This document shows, in pieces, positions 49,069 through 58,421 of a stretch of DNA of 64,000 bases. The translations under genes and the position numbers were made by a program. Below the pieces are notes generated by a model. That model saw only the letters and a list, made by a program, of their open reading frames with translations. It was not told the DNA's origin and ran no database searches. Position 1 is the first letter of the stretch. Each line of letters begins with the position of its first letter. Source of the stretch: a virus; IMG/VR virus record IMGVR_UViG_3300031673_016569, positions 3,185-67,184 of that record; one strand, given 5' to 3'.

Positions 49069-49275
49069 TCATGCTGCGATAGTTCGGGAAGCAATGAACG
49101 CCAGGAGCGCGGATCTCTGGTATCGAACGTTGCGGCCGACCTTTACGTATGCGAGCGAGTAGCGCTTAGTGCAGCGCCACACCTGAAGCGTGCCGACGCT
49201 CACGTCGAGAATCGCTGCAGCTTCCTTCTCGTCGAGGAGATCGTCGCCCTCGGACTTGCCTTGCTGATGTGCCAT
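49069..49275 (-). CDS. AlpA/excisionase-like HTH protein
   Basis: LL..KEAA..L.VS..TL..WR......VKVGR.VRY. Confidence 0.88.
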   Translation of the reverse strand: MAHQQGKSEGDDLLDEKEAAAILDVSVGTLQVWRCTKRYSLAYVKVGRNVRYQRSALLAFIASRTIAA

Positions 49276-49393
49276 CGCTTCGCCTCCTGCGTTCGGTCTG
49301 CGTGATTACAGAGCGTTAAGCAGAAGGGTAAAACGGTCGGCTACATTATGGAATCCTTCGCGTTTCCGCTTTTCCGACAAAAGCGGAAAAAGA

Positions 49394-49972
49394 CTAGCGA
49401 ATACGCGCGCGGTGTCGGCTCAGGCTAGTGTCGAACTGCTTCCAAGAAGTTTCTTTCTGCCTCCCGGCGTCATCAGTCCAACGTAGTAATCCGGAATCGT
49501 CGCGAATCACGCCGGCCTTTTCTAGCGCCAGGCGCACACGTTTTGAAGGCAAGTCAATGCCTTCGCTTTCCAGGATCGCGAGCGCCTCGCGATACAGGAG
49601 AGAGAGAGGTCGCTTGTTGCCAGTGAACTGTGCACCCCGTTTCGCCAACGGGAGTGCGTACGAATCGAGCTCTTCCCTAGCTTTATCGGCTGCACTCCTG
49701 AGTTCTACCCCGTGCAGCAAATCCCGATGTTGAACTTCGAGCATTTCATCCACGCACTTGAGCGCAAGAAAATTTTTCTCGCTTATCACTCTCGCCCTGG
49801 CGGCCTTATACAGTATTCCGCGCGATAGAGATTCAGGCGTGAGGCGCTCACCGAGGACAGCGCGAACTTCGGAGTAAATCTCTTTTGCCTTCGCTTTTAG
49901 TTCTTCGATCGTTGGTGGAGCTTCGAGGGCTTCCATGGCGGCCGCGAACTTGGTTGTGGTCGCCTTAACCAC
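49394..49972 (-). CDS. Hypothetical protein coupled to the integrase
   Basis: Overlaps the integrase stop; no family recognised. Confidence 0.65.
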   Translation of the reverse strand: MVKATTTKFAAAMEALEAPPTIEELKAKAKEIYSEVRAVLGERLTPESLSRGILYKAARARVISEKNFLALKCVDEMLEVQHRDLLHGVELRSAADKAREELDSYALPLAKRGAQFTGNKRPLSLLYREALAILESEGIDLPSKRVRLALEKAGVIRDDSGLLRWTDDAGRQKETSWKQFDTSLSRHRARIR

Positions 49973-51224
49973 GGTGCGCCACCTTCTTTAGCTTCACCAC
50001 CTTGGCGCGCTTTTTCACGCCTCCGGCCTCGAGCATCGCGCTCGTCGCCGTGTTCAGCGATGCCCGCACGGGGTCAAGACTCAATCGCGCGTAGATCATC
50101 GTCGCATCGGCGGACTTATGGCCGAGCGACTTTCCGATGATCGCGAGCGATGCGCCGCTGATCGCCTGCCACGATCCGAGCGAGCGGCGCAGGTCGTGAA
50201 TCCGCAGGTCCGCAATCTTGGCCCGCGCGAGAAGCGCACGCCAGCGCTTCTTCGGCGGCGTCGCGTAGCCCGTTGCGGAAGGGGCGGAAAACACGTAGCC
50301 CGCATCCTGCGGCGTGCGCTCGCGCAGGAGTTCGACGGCCTCGGGCACAAGGGCGACCACCTGCGGGTCATCGTTCTTGGTCTGAGGTATGCGCCATGTC
50401 GCGGCCTGCAGGTCTACGTCCTGCCAGCGCATCGCGAGCACGTTGCTTCGCCGAGCTCCGGTTAGCAGGGAGAACAAGACGAAGTGCTTGAAATCCTCGG
50501 ACGTATCGGCGGCCAGGGCGGTAAAGAATCGCGGCAGCTCGCCGCCCTGAATGAAGCGGTCGCGCTTCGTTTCCTTGAACGGCTTGATGCCGTTGGTGGG
50601 ATTGTTGCCGCGGTATCCCGCCTCGATCGCTCGGTTGTAGACACTACTCAACAGCTCGACCACGCGGTTCGCCATGGTCTTGTGCGTCTTGCCTATGCCG
50701 GCGTGCAGGGAGCGAACGGCGGCGTTGTCGATCGCGTCGAGCTTGCGCTTCGACCAGTCCACTCCTGCAGGGTGCTTGGCTCGTTTGCGGCCGTGCATTT
50801 TCGCTGGCTCATCGGGCAGGGTGCCCAGGCAGCGCTCCCATAGCGCATGGATCTCCGCAGCGCTCTTGATGCCGCGCGGCGAGACGTGGAGCACGCGGTA
50901 GGCCTCGTAGGCTTCGCCAAGCGTCTGCTTATCGCGTTCTGCGCGCTTAGCCGCATTCGGGTTGATACCTTTAGCGAAGTCCCCCAGGATGCGCTCCGCG
51001 GCCTTCCTGGCGCCTTCTGGCGTCATATCGGGAAAGGTGCCGAGCTTCACCCATGAAATGACTGCGCCGTCGCGCTTGACCACATAGAAGGTGCGCGCGC
51101 CGGCCGCGGTCAAGCGGATTGCGAGTTTCGGAACTTCAGTGTCGTAGATGACGAACCGGGCGCCATTTTTCGGCAAAGGAAGGTTGGAAAGGGCGGTTTT
51201 CGTGAAGCGTTTTCGTACTGTCAT
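49965..51224 (-). CDS. int: Tyrosine integrase (P4-like, with arm-binding domain)
   Basis: D......L.IR....G..TF..LG.FP; TGARR, HDLRR, LGH, YAR. Confidence 0.95.
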   Translation of the reverse strand: MTVRKRFTKTALSNLPLPKNGARFVIYDTEVPKLAIRLTAAGARTFYVVKRDGAVISWVKLGTFPDMTPEGARKAAERILGDFAKGINPNAAKRAERDKQTLGEAYEAYRVLHVSPRGIKSAAEIHALWERCLGTLPDEPAKMHGRKRAKHPAGVDWSKRKLDAIDNAAVRSLHAGIGKTHKTMANRVVELLSSVYNRAIEAGYRGNNPTNGIKPFKETKRDRFIQGGELPRFFTALAADTSEDFKHFVLFSLLTGARRSNVLAMRWQDVDLQAATWRIPQTKNDDPQVVALVPEAVELLRERTPQDAGYVFSAPSATGYATPPKKRWRALLARAKIADLRIHDLRRSLGSWQAISGASLAIIGKSLGHKSADATMIYARLSLDPVRASLNTATSAMLEAGGVKKRAKVVKLKKVAHRG

Positions 51225-51246
51225 CGCGACCCCTTGGTTATAGCTG

Positions 51247-51300
51247 GGCTAACGCCGGGCTAACACAGGCTAACAAATTTCGTTAAGGTTCATGTTAGCC
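51247..51300. repeat. Putative integrase arm-type sites
   Basis: GGCTAAC at 51247, 51258 and 51268; inverted GTTAGCC at 51294-51300. Confidence 0.6.
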
Positions 51301-51381
51301 CGTTAAACTTACGGGGTCAACGCATAGAGGGTAAATAGGGCAGCGATAAGGTGCATTAAGTTTCAGAAGGGTATCTGCCCT

Positions 51382-51430
51382 TTGGCTACGAACCAAGGGG
51401 TCGTGGGTTCGAATCCTGCCAGGCGCGCCA
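51382..51430 (+). other. att site: 3' fragment of tRNA-Arg(ACG)
   Basis: TTGG-CTACGAA-CCAA anticodon arm, GGTTCGAATCC T-arm and CCA end; no D-arm or 5' acceptor strand upstream. Confidence 0.9.
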
Positions 51431-51447
51431 ATAAATAGTGTCAAATT

Positions 51448-51485
51448 AAGCGGTTAGGTCTACTCGGCCTAGCCGCTTTTTCTTT
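51448..51485 (+). terminator. Intrinsic terminator, possibly bidirectional
   Basis: AAGCGGTTAGG...CCTAGCCGCTT followed by a T-rich tract. Confidence 0.7.
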
Positions 51486-51487
51486 GG

Positions 51488-51519
51488 TTGTACTATTCAA
51501 GCATCTTTGTACTATTCAA
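51488..51519. repeat. 13-bp direct repeat (putative arm sites of the second integrase)
   Basis: TTGTACTATTCAA at 51488 and 51507. Confidence 0.6.
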
Positions 51520-52610
51520 CCGACACCACCGAGCGGTTTGACAACCTCCGGCTTGCGGCGGTAGATCGCATCGGTAGTCCTTGCATCGGCATGCGATAGC
51601 AGCGCTCTGGCATGTTCCAGAGACGTTGCATCGCTCGCGCACTTGGCACGCAGGTCGTGTTCGGTGAAGCGGTTCTCGACCTTGGTCTCCTCAATTACGC
51701 GGTCCATGAACCTTTGCCACATGCTGTCCCATCCGTGCGACTCGCCCGTAGCCTCATCAATGTAACCCTGGCCATTGCGCTTGCAGAAGAGAAATGGGGA
51801 AATAACGGGACGCATTGCCTTGACTAACTCGACCGTGGCACGCAACTCAGGGGTCCATGAGTAGACAGTACGCTTGCCGGTGCTGGCTGCGGTCTTGTGC
51901 CGCTGGATGTGCAGTCCGTCATCTTTAATGTTCGATACGGTCAGACGTAACATGTCCGAGCGAGCCATGCCGGTCATCAGTTTCAGGCGAATGTATGCCT
52001 GGATCGCCGGCACGCTACCTTTCTTGCGCGGTGAATTGAGCGCCAGGATTTCGATGACTTCCCAATCCTCGACGTAACGGTCGCGTGGTTTCTCACCCTT
52101 GAGGCGGACTTCACCCTTGAACGGGTGCCGTTCGATGTAGCCCCACTCGACAGCTTTGGTGAATGCGTGGCTCAATACCTCGACCTCACGATGCGCTGCG
52201 GTCGGCCCCCCGGTTACTCGTCCGGTGTCGCTGGTTTTTTTCTGGCTGCGCTTATCGACGTAACGATAGACATATTGAGGTTTAATCGCGTCCAGTGGCA
52301 TCGCGCCGAACACGGATCTCAGTTGCTTAATCCAAATCGCATTCAGTGTCTGGTTCTTCGGCGCCTTGGTTGGTACTACTTCCAATAAGTAACGGTCGAG
52401 GAGTTCGCCGATGTTTCGAGCCTTATCCATTGCGCCCAGACGGGCGGACCAAACGCGATAGGATTCCGGCAATGTCCTGCCGAGGCGAAACAGCTTCTTG
52501 CCTTCCCATAGGTATTCGAGGCCGGGCGGCACTTGGAAGTAGTAAGCGCTATGCGCCAGTCGCCAGCGGGCGGGAAGTCCTTTATTCTCTACACTGCGCT
52601 TGCGCGGCAC
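51516..52610 (-). CDS. int: Phage tyrosine integrase
   Basis: LP.R......YY; R.RYV...E; HDLRAK, LL.H, Y.R. Confidence 0.9.
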   Translation of the reverse strand: MPRKRSVENKGLPARWRLAHSAYYFQVPPGLEYLWEGKKLFRLGRTLPESYRVWSARLGAMDKARNIGELLDRYLLEVVPTKAPKNQTLNAIWIKQLRSVFGAMPLDAIKPQYVYRYVDKRSQKKTSDTGRVTGGPTAAHREVEVLSHAFTKAVEWGYIERHPFKGEVRLKGEKPRDRYVEDWEVIEILALNSPRKKGSVPAIQAYIRLKLMTGMARSDMLRLTVSNIKDDGLHIQRHKTAASTGKRTVYSWTPELRATVELVKAMRPVISPFLFCKRNGQGYIDEATGESHGWDSMWQRFMDRVIEETKVENRFTEHDLRAKCASDATSLEHARALLSHADARTTDAIYRRKPEVVKPLGGVG

Positions 52611-52831
52611 TAGATTGCACTCCAGTTGGGTTCATGCTCCTTATTGCCGGCTTTGGTATGTGCCTCGCCAGAAAGGACGCCCTCAGCGTGGGCGCGCAGT
52701 ATGACTATACTGCCATCCGGTCGGACACCGTGCTCGATTCCCATAGAACGCAGTGCTTGGGCTTGCGTTGACCTTCGTACGCGCCCGGTCAGCTCACGCA
52801 CTTCGGCGGGAGTTAGGAGGAAGCCTGACAC
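52610..52831 (-). CDS. DUF4224 excisionase-like protein
   Basis: LT..E..ELTG......Q...L..MGI....RPDG...V; immediately upstream of the integrase. Confidence 0.85.
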   Translation of the reverse strand: MSGFLLTPAEVRELTGRVRRSTQAQALRSMGIEHGVRPDGSIVILRAHAEGVLSGEAHTKAGNKEHEPNWSAI

Positions 52832-53727
52832 TTCATCCTCAAATCGATACGCGCAGGTTGACCGCGATTGCCTTCAATCCAGCTATTCAATCCCGCCAAT
52901 CCAACTACGATACCCCTTTTTACGGCAGATCTGGGTGCTTTGCAGGCGAACTCGCGAAAATTTTGCATGCAGACGCATTTGGCTATGGCGCCATTTCCGA
53001 ATATCTCGCCGCAGAAAGGCGAATCGACACTCCGTGGAAAGCCGTTTAGCGCCCTCAACCTTTCGGCTACCAAACCGCCTACACTTTCAAGCAGTTCAAC
53101 CAGATTCGCTCTGTGGTTGATTTGCATTCTGGTCCCCCTTTCGCGTTTGTGTGGGGAAGCCCGGGTGCAGACGTGCACGGAGCGGAACGAGCCCACTCCA
53201 AGTTAAGCAACGGGGTTTTATATCCATGCAGAGTCGCCGCGCTGGCCGTCGCGCAGTGACATCGGAGCAGCCGGAGAAAGCTAGCCGCCGTATGAATTCT
53301 GCGCCGTATGACTTCTTATGCCCACAAGGACTAAGGCGATGACACTGCAGCCGTGGGGCCGAACCAATTCACCGCCGGGATGTCTGGGGTCAAAAACCCG
53401 TAGACTCGGGCCAGTCCTGACACGGGAATTTAGGTAACGGCCGCCACCGGGTACCGGCCCTGCGGTAGCGCTCGGCGTCGCGCGTCAGCCGCGACCACCA
53501 AGAGCCTGCGTGCTTTCGGAAGCGCACACACTGAGGAATTGAAATCAATAATTGACAGGCTGGAAGCGGAGCTGTCGGTGGCCAACGGCTCTCACGGAGG
53601 AAACCTTGTCCTGCTGTGGGTCCGGATCTAACTCTATTGCCGACGTCCGGCAAATTGGACCCGGCGACGGCACCTCGGCCTAAGCCGACTTTGTAGCTGT
53701 CGTCAAAACCAGTCGGCAACGCGCCAG

Positions 53728-54000
53728 TTAGCTGCCGCTCAAGTGCACTGTGCCTGGCAGTGATGCACGGACAGAGATTGAGCGGGGCAGTTCGAAGAAG
53801 CGCTGCGTCGGGGTGAGGCGGTTGTCCGGCGTGCGTCTCAGAAAGCCGGCCTTCTCAAGCCGACTTACCAGGCTCGCGGCAGCAGTCTTGGTGAAGCCCA
53901 GCAGCGTGCTAATCGCTGCATAGGACGGAATCAGCCGATGTTCGGCGTAGTAGTCCCTTAGGACAGCAAGATGGTCGGGAGCTCGGTTCGGGCGAGGTAT
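53728..54000 (-). pseudogene. Truncated LexA-like repressor (DNA-binding domain only)
   Basis: L.DYYA....PSY..I..LLG.....A...V.RL...GFL.RTPD....PT.RFF; no S24 domain; the expected start reads ATA. Confidence 0.6.
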
Positions 54001-54107
54001 TGTTGCATAATAGTGTACGAACGTACGACGGATTAAAATCATTATTTTTGGTTACTTAGGCGAGTCGATGGTGGGACGGATCATTCGCCACAGGCGAGAA
54101 AATCAAC

Positions 54108-55169
54108 ATGGGCGTTATCGTCGTCTGTGACACCAATGTCTTTGTGCGCGAAACACATCTTCTGCGCAAGAAGGGCGGACCCGCTCTCGTAGGCCTGTTG
54201 CGTGCCATCAACGGTCGCCTTTTCGTTCCGGACATCCTGAGGACGGAATACATCGAGCAAACCCTGGAAGCTGCAACTGCCGAGCGCCAAAAATACGAAT
54301 CCGCATCGAGCGTTCTCGGGACCCTGATCGGCTTCCAGCATCGTCCCTTGCCGAACAGCGATACGATCAACCAAACCGCCGTTAATCGCCTTCGTGCGCT
54401 GGAATCTTTAACGCAGAATGCTCCGCTCGACGCAGAAATTCTGGAAGCCGCCGGCAGGCGCTCCGTCGCCAAGTGCAGGCCCACGTCGAAGACCGATCAC
54501 GGCTACAAGGATTGCCTGATCTGGGAGGGCGTACTTCGCTTGCCGGCCGGTTCCGATGTTCGGTTCGTGAGCCGTGACGGCAAGGCGTTTTTCGACGGCG
54601 AGCATTTCGCGCAAGACCTCATCGATGAGGCGCAGGCCAAAGAGATCAAGGTCGCGGGATACACGAGCATCGACGATCTCGTGCGCGATCTTCAAGCCGA
54701 GAATCCCGCCTTGAATCTGGCTGCCACCGAGGCTCAAGACCTTTCGGAAACGGGCGCCACCGCGCCGGCGGACGTGACCGTTGCGTCTGCCGCACCTGTC
54801 CCCGAGGCGGCTGGTACGGATCAGACTTTGCCCGGCGCTGCCGTAGCGGAGAGCGAGGTCGCGGAAGTGAGCCGGCGGCTCGCCGAGGCGCGAAAGCGCT
54901 TCGACGAGCTCGAACTGAAGATTCTGGCCTACATCGCCTATCTTGACTCCGCGGGACGGGATCAACTGTTCGGGCTTCTGAGTCAGTCGAGGATCTCCAC
55001 CGACGCGGCCAAAAACGTCGTTGAGCGCCTCGTCATGAGCGGATTCGTTCGCGACATCGGAAATCACTACCTGGTGGCGGATCGCAAGGTGGCGGAGGCC
55101 GTAGCGTCCACGGTCGAAAACGAGATCATCGACTTGCTCTCCAAGGATGGCGACGGCCATGGACATTGA
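54108..55169 (+). CDS. PIN-domain protein (DUF4935-like) with C-terminal wHTH-like region
   Basis: VCDTNVF, E, YKD.LIWE, FVS.D. Confidence 0.8.
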   Translation: MGVIVVCDTNVFVRETHLLRKKGGPALVGLLRAINGRLFVPDILRTEYIEQTLEAATAERQKYESASSVLGTLIGFQHRPLPNSDTINQTAVNRLRALESLTQNAPLDAEILEAAGRRSVAKCRPTSKTDHGYKDCLIWEGVLRLPAGSDVRFVSRDGKAFFDGEHFAQDLIDEAQAKEIKVAGYTSIDDLVRDLQAENPALNLAATEAQDLSETGATAPADVTVASAAPVPEAAGTDQTLPGAAVAESEVAEVSRRLAEARKRFDELELKILAYIAYLDSAGRDQLFGLLSQSRISTDAAKNVVERLVMSGFVRDIGNHYLVADRKVAEAVASTVENEIIDLLSKDGDGHGH

Positions 55170-57573
55170 CGCACGACTCAAGGCGCTGCGACGCCTGGTC
55201 CAGTCGCAGACCGACGCGGCAAAGGCTGCGCTGAGCAAGGAGATGAATGGCGTTTCCGATGCACTGGAAAAGTATGACGAGTACGACGTGCTTGAACAGA
55301 ATCTCGACATACTCGATGTCATCGGATATCGGTTCAGTGAACGCGCGGTTTCCATATTGAATGGCTTCATCCAGACCATCGAATCGCGAACGCTCAAGTA
55401 TTCACATACCACGGAAGGATTTGCGGACTACGTCGCCAAATACAGCAACGCACAATCGCTGATCGTCAAGGCGGTCGAGGTGCTCGTCCGTCTCCGATAT
55501 CTGGAAACCAGGGCCGTTCTGGATGTTCTGTTGCGACTTTCGGATCATCCCGTCGAGAAGATTCGCGAGAAGGCGCTTAGCGGGCTGGAATCGCTCGCGA
55601 AATACGACCTGAATGTCTTCTATGGATCGGATCGCCAACGTGGAATCGGTCCCTATCCACAAATCCAGATCCTGGAGGTCCTCGAATCACTGGATGATCG
55701 CTTCCTAGGCAGCCACCAGGAGCCCGTACTGCGCCTGCTCGCCGGACTCTTGTCTCCCACGATGGAAGGGACGCGATGGTCCTCGGAGGCGATGACGCTT
55801 TCTCAGAGCGCCACACCAGGCGAATGCTCAGTCGCCGACGTTCGCCGTCGCGCGATCGACCTGCTGCGCCGTCTCTACCGATTGACGGACACCAAAAGAG
55901 GAAAGCTGGCGGTCATTGGCACGCTCAATGGCGCGGCGCGGGCCGACTCGCGAAGCGTTGTAGACGACAAGATCAGCACCATGATCGCCCGCGACACCCT
56001 GGAGATACTCAAGTTCTATGCGGAATTGGTTCCGGAAGAGGATCTGCAGATTGTCCAGAAGATCGAGTCGTGCAGTTACTGGATCTTCATGCATGCGCGC
56101 AGCGGCGAGGTCAAGGCGGCCGCGAGAAGCATCGAGAAAGCGCTGACGGAACGTGCCGAGTATTACATCTATCGGGTTCTCGTGGGTTTCGAGAGCGTAT
56201 TTGGCGACTGGGCTACGCTGGTCCGCTCGGGCGACTATTTTCGGGACACGGAGAAGGAACGTAGAGAGACCGCATCGCGATTCGCCGGTGAGATATCCGA
56301 GGCGAATTACGCCGAGTGGCGTGAGCGAATCCTCTTGTACGCCACAACCGAGTCGGACGACCTCGCGACCTTTCCGGTCTTCTATTACTTCCTCGGCGAG
56401 TTCGCGAAGGCGCGCCCGGAACTCGCGCTCCGACTCATTACGGAGGATACGGTCGGGATTGTGCCGTTTCTGATCCCGATTCTCTCCAATCTATGGGACG
56501 GCCCGCAAAGGGCGGCGACCAGAGCCCTTATCGACGGGTGGATTGCGCACGCGCGGACCGGTTTGGACAACCATCTCTTTGCGTCCACGAAGATGTTCCT
56601 ATCGACAAGGGACGTCGACATCGATTTGCTCAAGCAACTGCTCTCGAAAGCTGCCGAGATTAAGGATATTCCGACCATTCGACAGATTGTGACGGTGTCG
56701 ATCGCGCGATACGGCGACGCAGACGAGAAGCTCATCGCCGACCTGTTTCTGCCGGCGATCGACGTGCTGACGCAAGAAAAAAACGCTAGTTGGATCTTCG
56801 AAGCCTGGTACAGAAAAGAAGCGATGGAGCTGTTCGAAAAGCTCGGCGCCGAAATCGACGTCCAGGTCCTGCGGAATCTGATTGTTCTACCCAAGATCGA
56901 CTTTCAGGCGGAGGAAGTCCTTTCGCGCATCGCCCGACGAGCGCCTGACAGCATCGTCGATTTCTTCTGTCAACGCATCGCCGACGATTCTCAAGGCCGT
57001 GAATACGCCGGTGCCGACGCGTTCGAGGCCATACCCTTCGGACTCGACAAACTGCAGGAGCCACTATCTAAGATTCCCGAGAGCGCGGTGCGCAGGGTCT
57101 ACGAGCAATACAAGGCGGACACGGAACTGCTTGAGTTTCGCGGCGCGCGATTGTTGACCAACATTTTTCCGAATTTCTCGGAAGGGTTCGAGGCGGCATT
57201 GCTGAGGCTGGTGAAAGAGGGTGGCGAGACGGAGCGCCGCTTTGTCGTCGGCATTATGAGGGCCTATCAGGGACAGCCGTTCATCCATCGTGTTTGCAAG
57301 GAGATCGTAAAGGCCGTTCCTGAAGACAGTCCAATCGTCAACGAAGTCGCAATCGCATTGGAGACGACGGGGGTCGTATCCGGGGTTTTCGGGATGACCG
57401 AAGCCTATGAGCGCAAGAAGCAGGAAGTGCTGGAATGGCTGACCGATCCGGACGAACGAGTCCGGGAATTTGCCAAGCGATACATCGAAGATCTGGACAA
57501 GTTGCGTGAGGTCGAAAGGAAGCGGGCGGAGGAGGGTATCGCCCTGCGTAAGCATAGCTATGGTGAAGACTAA
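55147..57573 (+). CDS. Large helical-repeat hypothetical protein (808 aa)
   Basis: HEAT-like helical pattern; no Walker A seen; overlaps the PIN gene by 23 nt. Confidence 0.75.
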   Translation: MATAMDIDARLKALRRLVQSQTDAAKAALSKEMNGVSDALEKYDEYDVLEQNLDILDVIGYRFSERAVSILNGFIQTIESRTLKYSHTTEGFADYVAKYSNAQSLIVKAVEVLVRLRYLETRAVLDVLLRLSDHPVEKIREKALSGLESLAKYDLNVFYGSDRQRGIGPYPQIQILEVLESLDDRFLGSHQEPVLRLLAGLLSPTMEGTRWSSEAMTLSQSATPGECSVADVRRRAIDLLRRLYRLTDTKRGKLAVIGTLNGAARADSRSVVDDKISTMIARDTLEILKFYAELVPEEDLQIVQKIESCSYWIFMHARSGEVKAAARSIEKALTERAEYYIYRVLVGFESVFGDWATLVRSGDYFRDTEKERRETASRFAGEISEANYAEWRERILLYATTESDDLATFPVFYYFLGEFAKARPELALRLITEDTVGIVPFLIPILSNLWDGPQRAATRALIDGWIAHARTGLDNHLFASTKMFLSTRDVDIDLLKQLLSKAAEIKDIPTIRQIVTVSIARYGDADEKLIADLFLPAIDVLTQEKNASWIFEAWYRKEAMELFEKLGAEIDVQVLRNLIVLPKIDFQAEEVLSRIARRAPDSIVDFFCQRIADDSQGREYAGADAFEAIPFGLDKLQEPLSKIPESAVRRVYEQYKADTELLEFRGARLLTNIFPNFSEGFEAALLRLVKEGGETERRFVVGIMRAYQGQPFIHRVCKEIVKAVPEDSPIVNEVAIALETTGVVSGVFGMTEAYERKKQEVLEWLTDPDERVREFAKRYIEDLDKLREVERKRAEEGIALRKHSYGED

Positions 57574-57658
57574 GGGGTGCGTATGAGTGGAGAACGCGAA
57601 AGCCGCTTCAGCCGGTTCAACGGAGCCGCGAAGGATTTCGTGGCATGCCCGCATTGCC

Positions 57659-58303
57659 ATGTCTGAATCATTCGAGCGGCTGGGGTTTCTATCTTCTGAA
57701 TCTGAGGAGTTCCGCGCTTCGGTTCGGTCGCAGTTCAGCGCTCAATTCAGCGAGGTCGAAACGGCGTCGGGGGTTGCGATTGCAGAGCTGAGCGCGACCA
57801 GTGGACATGCGCCCCCCTCCCATATTGTCGGTGTGCTGTTTTGGTTGCGGAGTATTGAGTCGTGCCAAGCAACAGTATTGCTAGCTGAGCGCGGGCTGCC
57901 GACGTCACCGTTCTCCGTGCTGAGAACGGCCTTGGAATGTCTATTCGCTGCGTGTGCAGTATGGCGCAAACCCGAGGCCGCAGACAAGATTCAAGCGTGG
58001 CACCATGAGGAGCGCGTTAGGCAGGCCAAGCAGGTTCTTACGTTGGGGGCTGAAGGGCGTGTGACGCCGGAGGGTCTTGCTGCGTTGAAGGCAATAGCCA
58101 GTGAAACGGTTGTCCCGTCCGGATGGTCTCATTGGGAAGCGGCGGGCGCAGCGGACCTTACATTCGAATACGCAATGATGTACAGGGGGCTGGGAATTGG
58201 GGGCGCACATGCTTCGGTGCGCAGCCTCGACGACTTTCATGCCGCCAAGTCAGACGGCAGCTTCGACTTGCATTTTCAACCGACCGCGGACCGAGTCGCC
58301 TAG
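57659..58303 (+). CDS. DUF5677/HEPN-like protein, possibly with a premature stop
   Basis: LR.ALE, YR.L....H.S; the frame stays open after TAG until TGA at 58390. Confidence 0.6.
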   Translation: MSESFERLGFLSSESEEFRASVRSQFSAQFSEVETASGVAIAELSATSGHAPPSHIVGVLFWLRSIESCQATVLLAERGLPTSPFSVLRTALECLFAACAVWRKPEAADKIQAWHHEERVRQAKQVLTLGAEGRVTPEGLAALKAIASETVVPSGWSHWEAAGAADLTFEYAMMYRGLGIGGAHASVRSLDDFHAAKSDGSFDLHFQPTADRVA

Positions 58304-58421
58304 CTGCTCGGTCTGGTCACAAACTGCCTAAAACTCGGAATCGTACGGCAGCGGGAAGCCCGCAGCGCATGCGCGGGACTCGATACATGAGTCATGTGAC
58401 TCTCGGACTAGAAGGCGAGTA

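Larger units (their letters stand above)
3761..51430 (-). mobile_element. Prophage or phage-like integrative element (HK97-type head, siphovirus tail) at tRNA-Arg; left boundary not seen
   Basis: Minus-strand backbone int-xis-pri-rep-Q-HNH-terS-terL-protease/capsid-portal-connectors-tail-tip-fibres, interrupted by cargo and ending at a tRNA 3' fragment. No second att copy found in the window. Confidence 0.92.

Noticed and set aside
49364-49388. Inverted repeat TTCCGCTTTT-N5-AAAAGCGGAA upstream of the AlpA-like gene
   Set aside because: The repeat is real, but I cannot tell terminator from operator, so no call was made.
51354-51430. Intact tRNA-Arg gene
   Set aside because: The upstream 28 nt cannot form a D-arm or acceptor stem; only the 3' 49 nt match, so it is called as an att site.
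52813-53719. ORFs between Xis and the LexA-like remnant
   Set aside because: Several overlapping short frames without motifs or clear RBS; none could be supported.
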